In this document: positions 20,360-31,465 of the stretch, one piece after another | How the letters are laid out: each line of letters opens with the position of its first letter | How positions within the stretch are numbered: the stretch's first letter is position 1 | NCBI GenBank assembly: GCA_051531975.1 | Contig: JAOPTT010000007.1 | Coordinates: forward strand, 184,985 to 248,984 | Reading direction: 5' to 3' | DNA length: 64,000 bases | Source: Spirochaetaceae bacterium | Lineage (GTDB): Bacteria; Spirochaetota; Spirochaetia; DSM-2461 | Position numbers and translations under genes: made by a program | The notes under the pieces: model-generated | What the model saw: the letters and a program-made list of their open reading frames with translations, nothing else | Told to the model about the DNA's origin: nothing | Database searches by the model: none

Positions 20360-20797
20360 AGTCTTAATTACAAAAAAAACAACTAGAGCTATAATAAAAA
20401 CAACTAGAAATACACTTATCATGTTTCTTAAAGTTTTAGAGTACCCTTTAGGTGTTATTTGTCCTTCATTATCCAACTTTCTCATAATAGGGTATAAGCG
20501 CCAATAAAAAGTTGAAATAGTAATAATTAGTGCAATAACACTATGCATTCGCATCGTATCGTTCCCAGAAATTAATACAAATATAAGCAATACTATAAAT
20601 ATTAACTTTGTCCCAGCTACCCAATTTATAAGGTACTTAACAAGAGCATGAACCTCTGGGTTCTCTTTAGATTTTTCATATGCATTAAATACACCTAGAC
20701 CATTACCTTTTGATGTTCCAGGTGTAAAATAAAGCATAAAAACGTTTAGTGTCTCTAAAACTAGAAACATAATGATTACAATTGATAATATATCCAT
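20351..20797 (-). CDS. Hypothetical membrane protein (about 4 TM)
   Basis: 148-aa hydrophobic ORF; extended -10 TGaTATGAT 6 nt before ATG. Confidence 0.7.
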   Translation of the reverse strand: MDILSIVIIMFLVLETLNVFMLYFTPGTSKGNGLGVFNAYEKSKENPEVHALVKYLINWVAGTKLIFIVLLIFVLISGNDTMRMHSVIALIITISTFYWRLYPIMRKLDNEGQITPKGYSKTLRNMISVFLVVFIIALVVFFVIKTLG

Positions 20798-20821
20798 AAA
20801 ATGATCATATCATGAAATTAA

Positions 20822-22231
20822 CTATTTCTCTAAATTATTTGCCGTTGCTGGGTCATAGTGTTTATCTACATCTTTTGGGGCATCTTCTAAATAAACTAAC
20901 GGTTTAGCCGAAAGTTCAGATTTAAGACAGTTAACCCAAGGTTTATGAGCTTCTAATAACTCTATTGTCATAGATCTAATCTCATCTAGAGTACAACTTA
21001 AGGCTGTTAATGGATCAAGTGCCATAGCCTGAAAAACATATTCTGGATCCCCTGTTTGTACAGCTCTAACAGCTAGTTCTTGAACATTAAGTTGACACTT
21101 ATTTAGTCCTGCTAAAAATGGTGGTAGAGGTGCTACCTTTACCGGGTGAATCCCATTTCCATCTATTAAACATGGTACTTCAACTAATGCTTCCTCTGGT
21201 AAGTTCGTTATGTAACCTCTGTTTTGAACATTACCATATATAACTGCAGGAACTCCTGTTTCTAACGCATTAATAATAATGGAACCATATTCATGACTTC
21301 GTTTAAGGTCTATAGGGTCTTCCCAACTAGCCATTTTCTCCATCTGTTCTCTCCAATCTGGTCGCTCATATAGTTCTTTTATAAATCCAGAACCACCATT
21401 CCACTCAGAGAATTCTGTAGGGCAATATTTAGCTATAGTCTCTTTGTTCTTTCTAAACCACCAGTTATATTCTGATACATGACCACTAGATTCTGTTACC
21501 GGGTATCCAAAATGTTTAACATACTCCATTCTAGTTGAATCTCCATACCAAATCTTAGGATCTACAGCTAGCTGCCTAATAGTTGGTAACATATCTTTTC
21601 CTTTGTGTTCAAACTTAGTAAACCAGGCTTGGTGATTTATTCCTGAACATAAAAAATCTACTTCATCTAATGGTATCTGTAATCTATTTGCCCACTCTTC
21701 AGCAGTTCCTTGTACTGAGTGGCAAAGTCCAACGTAGGATAGTTCTGGATATTGGTCTTGAATCCCCCAGGATAACATTCCCATTGGATTTGTATAGTTT
21801 AGAACATGGGCTTTTGGACAGATATTTGTAATGTCTTTCATAACATCTATTAACACAGGTAACGTTCGTAAACATCGCATTATTCCACCAGGTGTTAAAG
21901 TATCACCTATACACTGATCAATCCCATATTTTGTCGGTATATCAATCTCTTTTTGAATAGCCTCGAATCCACCAACTAATATACTGATTATTACATAATC
22001 TGCACCTTTTAAAGCTTCTGCTCTATTATTTGTGGCACTTACAGATGCTTTTGGGTAGTTACCCTCTTTAAAAATCCTCTGAACAATTTGTTCTGCATAA
22101 TTTAACCGTTCTTCATCGATATCTACTAATGTAAAGTGACTATCTTCTAGTGCAGCATAAGTTAATATATCTGCTGTTAGCCGGCTTGAAAATACTAAAC
22201 TTCCAGCCCCAATAATTACTATGTTTGCCAT
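20822..22231 (-). CDS. melA: GH4 alpha-galactosidase (NAD+/Mn2+-dependent)
   Basis: IIGAGSLVF Rossmann motif, KYGIDQCIGDT, NYTNPM, VGLCHSVQ, GINHQAW, VTESSGH. Confidence 0.85.
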   Translation of the reverse strand: MANIVIIGAGSLVFSSRLTADILTYAALEDSHFTLVDIDEERLNYAEQIVQRIFKEGNYPKASVSATNNRAEALKGADYVIISILVGGFEAIQKEIDIPTKYGIDQCIGDTLTPGGIMRCLRTLPVLIDVMKDITNICPKAHVLNYTNPMGMLSWGIQDQYPELSYVGLCHSVQGTAEEWANRLQIPLDEVDFLCSGINHQAWFTKFEHKGKDMLPTIRQLAVDPKIWYGDSTRMEYVKHFGYPVTESSGHVSEYNWWFRKNKETIAKYCPTEFSEWNGGSGFIKELYERPDWREQMEKMASWEDPIDLKRSHEYGSIIINALETGVPAVIYGNVQNRGYITNLPEEALVEVPCLIDGNGIHPVKVAPLPPFLAGLNKCQLNVQELAVRAVQTGDPEYVFQAMALDPLTALSCTLDEIRSMTIELLEAHKPWVNCLKSELSAKPLVYLEDAPKDVDKHYDPATANNLEK

Positions 22232-22350
22232 AATTTACCTCTTTATATCTATTCTATAAGTTATATTATCCCCATAATTCTATTGTTAAAATTATCATAA
22301 TGTTGTTTTACGGTGTATTTTTAGTGCTTTTTAGTGTTATTATAGTGCTT

Positions 22351-23136
22351 ATGATATTTTCTACTGAATTATTGAACTGTGGTGAAGAAAAATGTGTCTC
22401 CGGGCATGAGTTTGGAGGTAAACGGGAATACTTCCTTCTTCATATTATATTAGAAGGTAAGGGTGAGTACTTTTCTGAAGGTCGAAGTTGGTCTCTTGAT
22501 AAGGGTGATGCCTTTTTAATCTTTCCCCAGCAGATGCACTTATATAGAGCTGACTTTAAAGAACCTTGGAAATATTTTTGGTTTGGATTTAATGGAGAGT
22601 TTAATAAACTATTTAACCCACTACAGATTGATCAAAAACACCCTGTTATCCGGGCTAATAATACTTTAAACCTATATGATCAGTTTAAAGGAATAGACAT
22701 GACCAGGATTTTTCAACACCCGGCTGATATTTTAAAAAATCTAGGGATTCTAAATATGATTCTAGGTGAATTATGTAGAGGTAAAGTTTCAAAAAACTAT
22801 CATTCTACTAAAACAGAACCTGGTATTTCCCATCATGTTGATTCCATGAGAGGCTTTATTGATAAAAATTTTGATACACCAATAAAGGTTCAGGATGTAA
22901 TTGATTTTGTCTATTTAGAACGTTCTTATGCATCAAGGATATTTAAGGATGAGCTAGGATTCTCTTTAGGCTCTTATATTAGAGAACATAGAATGAATAG
23001 AGCTATAGAGTATATAAAAGAGGGTTGGTCTGGTAAACAAACAGCATATAGTTGTGGATATAATGATTACCATAACTTTCTGAAAGCATTTAAAAAATAT
23101 ACAGGGAAAACACCAAAGACATACAGGATGAACTAA
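22351..23136 (+). CDS. AraC family regulator (MsmR-like), divergent from melA
   Basis: Cupin arm (CGEEKC...HEFG...YRAD..EPWKYFW) plus C-terminal HTH (FKKYTGKTPKTYR); start reassigned to ATG 22351. Confidence 0.88.
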   Translation: MIFSTELLNCGEEKCVSGHEFGGKREYFLLHIILEGKGEYFSEGRSWSLDKGDAFLIFPQQMHLYRADFKEPWKYFWFGFNGEFNKLFNPLQIDQKHPVIRANNTLNLYDQFKGIDMTRIFQHPADILKNLGILNMILGELCRGKVSKNYHSTKTEPGISHHVDSMRGFIDKNFDTPIKVQDVIDFVYLERSYASRIFKDELGFSLGSYIREHRMNRAIEYIKEGWSGKQTAYSCGYNDYHNFLKAFKKYTGKTPKTYRMN

Positions 23137-23573
23137 TGGATGAAATAAAAGTTGTTAAATATAAAAGTAAGGAATACTTAGAAGCAATTAGAGTTCGGTA
23201 TTTAGAACTAAGAAAGCCTATAGGTATGAAATACACTAAAAAAATATTGTCAGGGGATAAGGATGATACACACATTGTATTTATTTTAGAAGAGAGAGTG
23301 GTAGCGACTTTAATTTTAACTCATTTAAATAAAAATGAAGTTCAACTAAGGCAATTTGCTGTTTTAAAAGAGTATCAATTCAGAGGTATTGGTGCCAAAT
23401 TATACGATTTTACAGAATCTTATATTAAACAAAATTCATATAATAAACTTGTATTAAATGCCAGATCAAATGTGACTGATTTTTATCAAAAAAAAGGTCT
23501 TATTATCGATGGTGATGAGTATATGAGTACTAGAACTTTTATTCCCCATTATAAAATGTTTAAAAAACTTTAG
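23136..23573 (+). CDS. GNAT N-acetyltransferase (ElaA/YjcF-like)
   Basis: LRQFAVLKEYQFRGIG, LNAR...FYQKKG, IPHYKM. Confidence 0.88.
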   Translation: MDEIKVVKYKSKEYLEAIRVRYLELRKPIGMKYTKKILSGDKDDTHIVFILEERVVATLILTHLNKNEVQLRQFAVLKEYQFRGIGAKLYDFTESYIKQNSYNKLVLNARSNVTDFYQKKGLIIDGDEYMSTRTFIPHYKMFKKL

Positions 23574-23722
23574 AATATGCAACACACTTTTTCGTAAAAA
23601 TAGTTGGCTTTTATTTTTATTACAAACTATTCTTTATAATAAGGCTTAATAAACCATATATATCCGTGAATAATTTGGTATTTGATTAAGTAATAAATAT
23701 ATGAATAAAAATGGAGATTTAA

Positions 23723-25999
23723 ATGAAAGAAAAAGGGCTTGGTTTATTAAATTCTTTAGGTAGTAAAATATCAATAATTTATACTGGTATTGCGATTATC
23801 TTTTTTACAGCAATTATTGGTTTTTTTCTAATGACTGCAAGACAAGGCTTATTAGATGATGCAAAAGAAAACATTAAGACTAACGTATCCCATCTTACTG
23901 CAATAATTGAAAGTGCTAACCTTGAAACTATTACTGTAGCCAAAACAATGGCTATAACACAGCAGAATGGGCTATTTGGTAATCGAACAAATTCAAACGC
24001 TTTTGCAAAAGAGATCTTAAGAACCAATAAAAGATTCACAGGTGCCTATATAGGATATGAGAAAAATGCAGATCAAGATGATCTTGAGTATTTAAATGAT
24101 CATGCATCAGAATCAGCATCGATGGATGCTAATGGACGTTATCTGCCTTATTTTCATATTTCTGAGAATAAAATAGATCTTATTCCATTAGAAGCAATGG
24201 AAGGACTTTATTATCAAGGAGTTAAAGACAAATACAATTCTAATTCAATAGAAAAATACATGATTACAGAGCCGTATATATATGATGGTAAAATGATTGT
24301 AGAGCAGACCTATCCAATCATAATAAATAATAAGTTTGTTGGTATGGCAGGTGTAGATAGAGCTTTAAATGATTTACAGGACTTTTTATCAACCTTTAAA
24401 CCTTATGAATCTACGCAAATTATATTAATAAGCCGTTTAGGTCACATTATTTCATCAAATATGGATCTATTATCTTCTGATAATTATCAGAAAGCATTTA
24501 AAGAAGCAAAAAGTAAGGATAGTAGCTTAGATGAAACTCTATTTACCCCACAGATGTTAACTTCAAAATATGAGGATACGGATTATAAAGAATTATTAGG
24601 TACTATGTACAATATGGATTCTGACTATCTTCAAATATTAGAAGCTGATCCTTTAAGTGGTGAAATATACTTTATTGCAGGTCATAAAATATTAACAGGT
24701 GAATGGACTGTTGTCATGAGAGTTGCAGAGGATGAAATCTTTAGCCCTATTACTGCAATGGTTACAACTGCAATATTAGCCTCTATACTTCTTCTTGTGT
24801 TATTAATAGTTGCTGGTTTATGGTTGAATAAAACCATATCTAATCCACTACGTTCTTTAACAGATGTTACAGAGAAGTTAGCTACAGGAGAGGGGGATTT
24901 GACTCAAAAAATAGCTCTTGTTCGTACTGACGAGATTGGTCATTTAAGTAGAGGGTTTGATACCTTTGTTGATAAACTTAAAAATATTATTATTCAGGTA
25001 AAAAAATCATCTGAGAATATTGATTTTACAATGGTTTCCATGGGCGCTAATACAGAAGAAACTGCCTCTGCTGTTGTAGAAATTAATCGGAATGTTGAAA
25101 CTATAAAAACTCAGATGGGGACACTTGACGATAACATTCAGAAATCAACTTCGGCAGTAAATGGAATTACCGATGGTATTAACAAACTAAATACTTTTGT
25201 TGATGAAGAAGCTCACGCTGTAGATGATTCTTCAGCTAGTGTAAATCAGATGGTTGCATCATTAAAAAATGTTGCACAAATAACAAAATCTAAAATGGTA
25301 GCTACAGAGAAACTAGTTGGTATGGCTAGAAATGGTAGCGAAAAGATGGAACTAACAAAATCTGCTGTTATGGAAATCAATAGTAGTATTGGCAGTATTT
25401 CGGAACTTGTTGTTTTAATTAATAATATTGCTTCTCAGACAAATTTGTTAGCTATGAATGCAGCTATTGAGGCTGCTCATGCTGGGGATGCAGGAAAAGG
25501 TTTCTCTGTAGTCGCAGACGAGATACGTAAACTTGCTGAAACATCCAGCGAAAATTCACAAAAGATAGATCATGTCTTGAAGGGTATTGTAGCTAAGATT
25601 CTAATGGCAACTGATACTAGCCAAGAGACCAGTATAGCTTTTAATGAGATAAATGATGAGGTTTTAGAAGTCTCCAAAGCTCTAAATGAAATCTCAGCCT
25701 CTACTAGTGAACTATCAGAGGGAGGGCAGCATATAATAGAAGCCATGAGTCTACTTAACAATATTTCTGTAAGGGTAAAAGAAAGTTCTGAGAGTATGGC
25801 TGCAGATTCTGGTACAGTTTTAGAAACTGTAGAGGTTGTAAGAAGGATCTCTTCTGAAATCTTTAGCGGGATGTCAGAGATTGCTAGTGGAACAACTGAA
25901 GTCCAAAAGTCAATGCAGGATATTTCCCATATATCCCATGAACTTGATAAGTCATCTAGTGTTCTAAAAGAGGAAGTTAGCAAATTTCGTACTGAATAG
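23723..25999 (+). CDS. Methyl-accepting chemotaxis protein with Cache sensor and HAMP domain
   Basis: Two TM segments, ITEPY Cache motif, GDLT...[46 protein letters not shown]. Confidence 0.95.
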   Translation: MKEKGLGLLNSLGSKISIIYTGIAIIFFTAIIGFFLMTARQGLLDDAKENIKTNVSHLTAIIESANLETITVAKTMAITQQNGLFGNRTNSNAFAKEILRTNKRFTGAYIGYEKNADQDDLEYLNDHASESASMDANGRYLPYFHISENKIDLIPLEAMEGLYYQGVKDKYNSNSIEKYMITEPYIYDGKMIVEQTYPIIINNKFVGMAGVDRALNDLQDFLSTFKPYESTQIILISRLGHIISSNMDLLSSDNYQKAFKEAKSKDSSLDETLFTPQMLTSKYEDTDYKELLGTMYNMDSDYLQILEADPLSGEIYFIAGHKILTGEWTVVMRVAEDEIFSPITAMVTTAILASILLLVLLIVAGLWLNKTISNPLRSLTDVTEKLATGEGDLTQKIALVRTDEIGHLSRGFDTFVDKLKNIIIQVKKSSENIDFTMVSMGANTEETASAVVEINRNVETIKTQMGTLDDNIQKSTSAVNGITDGINKLNTFVDEEAHAVDDSSASVNQMVASLKNVAQITKSKMVATEKLVGMARNGSEKMELTKSAVMEINSSIGSISELVVLINNIASQTNLLAMNAAIEAAHAGDAGKGFSVVADEIRKLAETSSENSQKIDHVLKGIVAKILMATDTSQETSIAFNEINDEVLEVSKALNEISASTSELSEGGQHIIEAMSLLNNISVRVKESSESMAADSGTVLETVEVVRRISSEIFSGMSEIASGTTEVQKSMQDISHISHELDKSSSVLKEEVSKFRTE

Positions 26000-26022
26000 G
26001 AAAATATAGGAAGACACTATTA

Positions 26023-26051
26023 ATAAGTAGCTCATTCTAGGAGCTACTTAT
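26023..26051. terminator. Bidirectional terminator hairpin
   Basis: ATAAGTAGCTC-7 nt-GAGCTACTTAT between convergent genes. Confidence 0.7.
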
Positions 26052-26060
26052 ATTTTAAAG

Positions 26061-26966
26061 CTAACGTTTTATAACTGGTATGACGATATCCATACAAGAT
26101 TTTCCACCATTATCCCATGAGTGTACACGTTCATCTTCATACTCGTAATCGTAACGGGTTTCATCAATTTCATAATCTGATTTTGGAAACCATTCATCTA
26201 GAATATATCTCCATGTTATACGTGTTGTCTCTATGCTATTTTCCTCTTTAGTCCATGGAGTTGTAAACAGTACATAGTCACCATCAGGAATAGTAACAAC
26301 CTTTAATTTCTCTGTTAATTTTGTATCATCATCAACTCTAATTCCAACAAAATATGAGTAAGACTCACTCTTATTATCAGATTTAATAGCTAAACAAAAT
26401 TCTCCATGAATTTTTGGGGTTAATGTTTTATAAGCATAATTTAGATTTGACTCTATATCCTCCATAGAAGCACACTTTTCATAAAATACTGGAACATCCC
26501 GTGTAAATGATTTTCCAATATCCTCTTTCAATATATTTCCAGCAATAACTATATTTTCTCTATAAACTATTTTAGGTTCCATAACTACTGCTTTGTAGTT
26601 TTCATAAAAATAAGATACATCCAGTCTTTTGGGGACTTTTACTAATGAACGTTTTCTATAAAAACTTGGGGAATATCCAAATACACGTTTAAAAGCTCTT
26701 GAAAATCCTGCATGGGATTCAAAACCATAATGAAATGCAATATCTGTAATTTTTTTACCCATAGATATGTCGTATAAAGCGAACTGAAATCGCCTAATTG
26801 TTATATACCGACTAACAGATAGACCCATAATCTCTGAAAACACTCTCTGAAAATGAAACTTAGAAATATTAGATTCACTTGCTACTTTATCTACATTAAG
26901 ATCCTCTGTTAAATTTAAGTCTATGTAATCAATAACCCTCTGTATTGCTTCTATGTGTAAAATCAA
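26061..26966 (-). CDS. AraC family regulator with GyrI-like effector domain
   Basis: N-terminal AraC HTH (SKFHFQRVF, YGFESHAGFSRAFKRVFG), C-terminal IPDGDY...WFPKSDY; TTG start with SD. Confidence 0.9.
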   Translation of the reverse strand: MILHIEAIQRVIDYIDLNLTEDLNVDKVASESNISKFHFQRVFSEIMGLSVSRYITIRRFQFALYDISMGKKITDIAFHYGFESHAGFSRAFKRVFGYSPSFYRKRSLVKVPKRLDVSYFYENYKAVVMEPKIVYRENIVIAGNILKEDIGKSFTRDVPVFYEKCASMEDIESNLNYAYKTLTPKIHGEFCLAIKSDNKSESYSYFVGIRVDDDTKLTEKLKVVTIPDGDYVLFTTPWTKEENSIETTRITWRYILDEWFPKSDYEIDETRYDYEYEDERVHSWDNGGKSCMDIVIPVIKR

Positions 26967-27143
26967 ATAACACTCCTTTGTTATACAACTTTTAAATGTA
27001 TACCTAGAGAACAGATAAAGCTTTGCTGAAAATGCTTTAATACTGGTAATTAGAAATTTAGTATATCAGATAAATAAAAGTATTAGACTTATGGTTGGCA
27101 TAAATGTTAAATTATATTTCCTTTTAATATCATCTATTCCTCA

Positions 27144-27206
27144 TTGACAAATAGATAATAGTGGCTTAATTTTAACTTATGTTAAAACTTTTAACGGAGG
27201 TTAAAA
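27144..27206 (+). promoter_or_regulatory. tetR promoter with tandem palindromic operators
   Basis: TTGACA-17 nt-TAATTT; TTTTAAC-N4-GTTAAAA at 27170-27187 and 27189-27206, the second centred on the GGAGG SD. Confidence 0.75.
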
Positions 27207-27207
27207 A

Positions 27208-27798
27208 TTGGCTGCAAAACGTTACGATGGTAAACAAAAACAGATAGAAAATGCTGCATTAGAAGTTTATATGGAGTTAGGGCTAGAAAATTTAACTTTA
27301 GAATCTGTTGCAGAAAAACTCGGATATACTAAACAAGCAATCTACTATTACTTTCGTAATAAAGAAAAACTTATAAGCTCGTTTTGTTTCAACATACTTA
27401 AAAATGCTCGGGATGAGTTTGTTGAAATATATTCCCAGGATTTAAACCCTGTGGAGAAAATGGAAGCAATCATTTTCTATTATGTTAATGGAACCTGTCT
27501 TAAAAAGGGCTTTTTTGCTCTGCAACATGATTTTAAAAGAATAATACCTCTTATGGATAATTTAAAAGAAATTATAAAAATGAAATCTCAGATATCTAAA
27601 GGATTTGAAGATGTTATCACAGAAGGAATCGAAAAAGGTCTATTTAGAGAAGAGGATACTGAGGCACTTGCTGGAACAGTATTTATGTTGTTAGGTGGAG
27701 CTATATCAATGACTGAGATTCCTGGTCTAAAGGACTTACCAACCAACAGAAAAGTGGAATTAATAACAGATATAATAATTAAAGGAATACAAGCATGA
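27208..27798 (+). CDS. TetR/AcrR family regulator
   Basis: LTLESVAEKLGYTKQAIYYYFRNKEKL HTH. Confidence 0.93.
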   Translation: MAAKRYDGKQKQIENAALEVYMELGLENLTLESVAEKLGYTKQAIYYYFRNKEKLISSFCFNILKNARDEFVEIYSQDLNPVEKMEAIIFYYVNGTCLKKGFFALQHDFKRIIPLMDNLKEIIKMKSQISKGFEDVITEGIEKGLFREEDTEALAGTVFMLLGGAISMTEIPGLKDLPTNRKVELITDIIIKGIQA

Positions 27799-30674
27799 AT
27801 AAAGTTTTTAAATCAGTGGCAAATTTTATAGTAAATTTCCCAGTTCTTATTATTGGTGTAACACTAATAGCATTGGTAACCCTTGGATTTGGGGCGTCTC
27901 GTCTGAAAATGGATTCGGATATGACAGACGATATCCCATCAACTATTCCTGAGAAAGCATTTTATGATGAGGTTGGGAAGATCTTTCCAGCAGACGATGC
28001 TCTAATAATCGCATTAACAGATGAAGATGGAGCTTTTTCTCCCGGTTCTCTAAGGCAAGTTTATGAGTGGTCAAATAAGATTAAAGATGTAGAAGATGTA
28101 AAAAGTATTTTATCTCTAAGTACTGCTAGCCTTATTACTGGTAATGAGTATGGAATAGTTATTGAAAATACCATGGAGTTTTTACCAGTTACACCAACAG
28201 AAATTGCTAGTTTTAAAAAACGTATGGACAGTAATGAGATGGGTGGTGCTTTAGTTGGAAGAGATGGAAAAGCATCAGCAATGATGATCGGTATTTCCAC
28301 CGAAGCTGATATTAAAAATAGACCTCGATATATTATTAACCTACCAAAATTAACTACTGATGTTGAAATGAATACTATAAAAGAAGATATTATGAATTTA
28401 ACGGATTCGGAAGGTCTTGCTGTTATTCGTAGGATATATTCTAGTGGTAATGGTTCAGATGAGTTTGATGCTTTAGGAAGTTACAATCAGAAAATAGGCT
28501 TAACAGAAAAAAATATTGTATTATTAGTTGTACCTGAAGAATCAGTTATTACTCCCCTTCTTTTAATAGATATTACATCATTAGTTGAACAGAAAGGAGG
28601 TTCGGTTAATTTTTCAGATTCCCAAGTTGCAATGTATGACAGAATGAGTTCTATAGTAGAAACCCTTCCAAAATATAGCAAAGGTAAAGTATATATATCA
28701 GGTTCTAAAGCTGTATCCAGTGTAGTTGGAAAACTAATGATGAAGGATTTAAGTGTACTCTTTCCTATTGTAATCCTAATTATTATAGTTGTCCTATTTT
28801 TAAGTTTTAGAACATTCCGAGGTGTATTATTACCATTAACAAATGTATTAATGGCTACAGTAATGGCAATGGGTTTTATGGGTTGGGCTAATCAACCAAT
28901 ATCAATGGCCACAATGATTTTGCCAATTATATTAATTGCTGTTGGAACCGCCTATGCCATTCATGTTCTAAATAGATATTATGAGGAACTAACCACTGAG
29001 GATGATAAGAAAAAAGCAATTGTTTTAGCACTTGAACATGTAGCAGTTCCTACACTTTTAGCTGCAATTACAACTATGATAGGTTTTGCATCCTTAGCAA
29101 TATCATCAATTACAGCCCTAAGAATTTACGGACTGTTAGCAGCACTAGGTATACTGTTTGCACTTATATTAGCTGTATCTTTTACACCTGCTGTATTGGT
29201 TTTATTAAAAAAAACATCCATCAAAAATGTAAAAAGCCACGAAAACAATATGTTATCAAAAATTCTAGAGAAGATAGGTAAGTTTGTATCTACCAAACCA
29301 AAACTTACACTTTCTTTGTGTCTTGTTGTAATAATTATTGCAGCAACAGGAATACCTAAAATACTGTTTGAAACCAACTCTGTAGAGTCCTTTAAAAAGA
29401 GTACGGAGATTAGACAGTCCTCTGAATATCTAAATGATAATTTTACAGGGATCACAATTCTTAATGTAATAGTTCAGGCAGAAGAAGAAGGAGCAATTTT
29501 AGATCCAGAAATCTTAAAGGCAATAGACGATCTACAAAGAGACTTTGAGAAACTACGTTTTGAAGGTAAAACAATGTTACTGCCTGGGGATAAAGGATAC
29601 GATACTGCTGAGGACTTAATTGGTGGTACCCAATCTATAGCAACGTTTATTCGAGGTATAAATAAGGCTATGCATGCCGATGATCCAGCATGGGATAAAG
29701 TTCCTGATTTCGAAACAGAAGTCGCAGTAACAACAGAAAAATATGTTTATAACGATGGTGTTCTACAAGAGATCGATTCAGACTACTTAGATGTTCTTGA
29801 GACATTTATAGAGGGTGATGATTTTATTATAGAAGACGGTTTTATAACAATGGAAAGATATGGAATGCAAAGACGGATTTCTCTTCCTGAAGGAACATCT
29901 GTGGATCTGATTCCGGGACGTGTATATGCTGGACAACTTGTATTTCAGTATGAGAACTCTGGAGATCCTGAGAATATTGAAGCATTTATAGATAACCCAA
30001 GAAAAACTGCTCAGATAAATATTTTTATTAGAACAGGTAGTTCCACAGTATCAAACCAGATTGAGAAGTATACTAGGGAGTATATAAAAAATAACTTCCC
30101 GGATTCTGCTAAGGCTGATATAACAGGGCTTTCTGCACTTAATTTAACAATAATGAGGCTTTTAACTAATACTCAAATATCTTCTGTAATTGCATCATTA
30201 GTAATAATACTGTTTATGATTTCTCTAATTAACAGAAGTGTAGTAGAAGGGTTATTCTCAATTATACCTTTAACAGCATCCTTAATTATTAATTTTGGGA
30301 TTATGGGGCTATTTGCAATCCCTGTAGATATTTCCACAGCTACAATAGCATCAATTGCCATAGGTATTGGTATAGATTATACCCTTCATTTCCTGGAGAG
30401 GTTTAAAATAATGGCAAAGACAATGGAGCATGGAATTGCACTTCAGACAACACTAAAAACTACTGGAAGAGGTATTATATATAATGCTATAGCAGTAGCA
30501 GGGGGATTTTTAGCCCTAATGTTTAGCCAGATAAAAGGTAATTTCTACATGGGACTTTTAATGGCTATTATCATGGTCGTTGCATCAACTTTTGCAATAA
30601 TATTGTTACCAGCGGTAATTATGATTGTTAAACCTAAATTTATTACAAATATATCAAATAAGGAGAAAATATAA
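27795..30674 (+). CDS. MMPL/RND family transporter
   Basis: Two TM halves with large soluble loops; IAVGTAYAIH and IGIGIDYTLHFL motifs. Confidence 0.9.
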   Translation: MNKVFKSVANFIVNFPVLIIGVTLIALVTLGFGASRLKMDSDMTDDIPSTIPEKAFYDEVGKIFPADDALIIALTDEDGAFSPGSLRQVYEWSNKIKDVEDVKSILSLSTASLITGNEYGIVIENTMEFLPVTPTEIASFKKRMDSNEMGGALVGRDGKASAMMIGISTEADIKNRPRYIINLPKLTTDVEMNTIKEDIMNLTDSEGLAVIRRIYSSGNGSDEFDALGSYNQKIGLTEKNIVLLVVPEESVITPLLLIDITSLVEQKGGSVNFSDSQVAMYDRMSSIVETLPKYSKGKVYISGSKAVSSVVGKLMMKDLSVLFPIVILIIIVVLFLSFRTFRGVLLPLTNVLMATVMAMGFMGWANQPISMATMILPIILIAVGTAYAIHVLNRYYEELTTEDDKKKAIVLALEHVAVPTLLAAITTMIGFASLAISSITALRIYGLLAALGILFALILAVSFTPAVLVLLKKTSIKNVKSHENNMLSKILEKIGKFVSTKPKLTLSLCLVVIIIAATGIPKILFETNSVESFKKSTEIRQSSEYLNDNFTGITILNVIVQAEEEGAILDPEILKAIDDLQRDFEKLRFEGKTMLLPGDKGYDTAEDLIGGTQSIATFIRGINKAMHADDPAWDKVPDFETEVAVTTEKYVYNDGVLQEIDSDYLDVLETFIEGDDFIIEDGFITMERYGMQRRISLPEGTSVDLIPGRVYAGQLVFQYENSGDPENIEAFIDNPRKTAQINIFIRTGSSTVSNQIEKYTREYIKNNFPDSAKADITGLSALNLTIMRLLTNTQISSVIASLVIILFMISLINRSVVEGLFSIIPLTASLIINFGIMGLFAIPVDISTATIASIAIGIGIDYTLHFLERFKIMAKTMEHGIALQTTLKTTGRGIIYNAIAVAGGFLALMFSQIKGNFYMGLLMAIIMVVASTFAIILLPAVIMIVKPKFITNISNKEKI

Positions 30675-31465
30675 TGAATAAATTATTACTATTTATCATG
30701 GTTCTATTTACATGCCTTAGTATTCAGGCAGTGGATCTTGATATGATTTTATCAAAAAATGAAAATATGGCTATGCCTCCAGCATCTACAGCGGAAATGC
30801 GTATGGTCATAACAAACAAAGCAGGGCAGTCTAGAACTAGGGAGATTAAGGCTTTTACCCAGTCTATAGAGGGTGAAGTTAATAAACAGATGTTAATATT
30901 TACAGCTCCTGCGGATGTACGAAATACACGGTTTTTAACAATAGATTACGATGATTCTAAAATTGCAGATGAACAAGCTATTTATATGCCAGCTCTTCGT
31001 AAAATTAGAACAATTGGATCCTCTGGTGGAGATTCTAAAACTGGGGCATTTCTTGGTTCCGATTTTTCATATGCTGATATTGGTTCCCTAGATTTAGAAC
31101 TTTTTAGCACAAAACTTTTAGGGCAGGAGAGCTTTGAAGGAGAGGAGTGTTACAAGGTTGAATATACCGCAAAAGGCTCTAAAGCAATTGACGATTATGG
31201 GTATAGTAAAGTTGTTAAATGGATCTCAACAAAAAGCTTCTCTGGTAGAAAGTCGGAATTTTATAATAAAAATGGAAAACTTGTAAAGAGAATGATTATA
31301 AGTGGAATCGAGTTGATTGATGGAAAGTATTGGCAGTTTAAAAAGATGCAGATGTTTAACCTAGAATCAGGTGGTAATACTCTTTGGGAGTTCACTAAAT
31401 CTAAAAATATGAAATCTATAAAAGACTCGTACTTTACAAAACGATACCTAGAGAGGGGAAGATGA
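30674..31465 (+). CDS. LolA-like outer-membrane lipoprotein-sorting protein (DUF1329-like)
   Basis: Signal peptide; PADVRNTRFL, YMPALRKIRTI, FLGSDFSYAD, FTKRYL motifs. Confidence 0.82.
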   Translation: MNKLLLFIMVLFTCLSIQAVDLDMILSKNENMAMPPASTAEMRMVITNKAGQSRTREIKAFTQSIEGEVNKQMLIFTAPADVRNTRFLTIDYDDSKIADEQAIYMPALRKIRTIGSSGGDSKTGAFLGSDFSYADIGSLDLELFSTKLLGQESFEGEECYKVEYTAKGSKAIDDYGYSKVVKWISTKSFSGRKSEFYNKNGKLVKRMIISGIELIDGKYWQFKKMQMFNLESGGNTLWEFTKSKNMKSIKDSYFTKRYLERGR

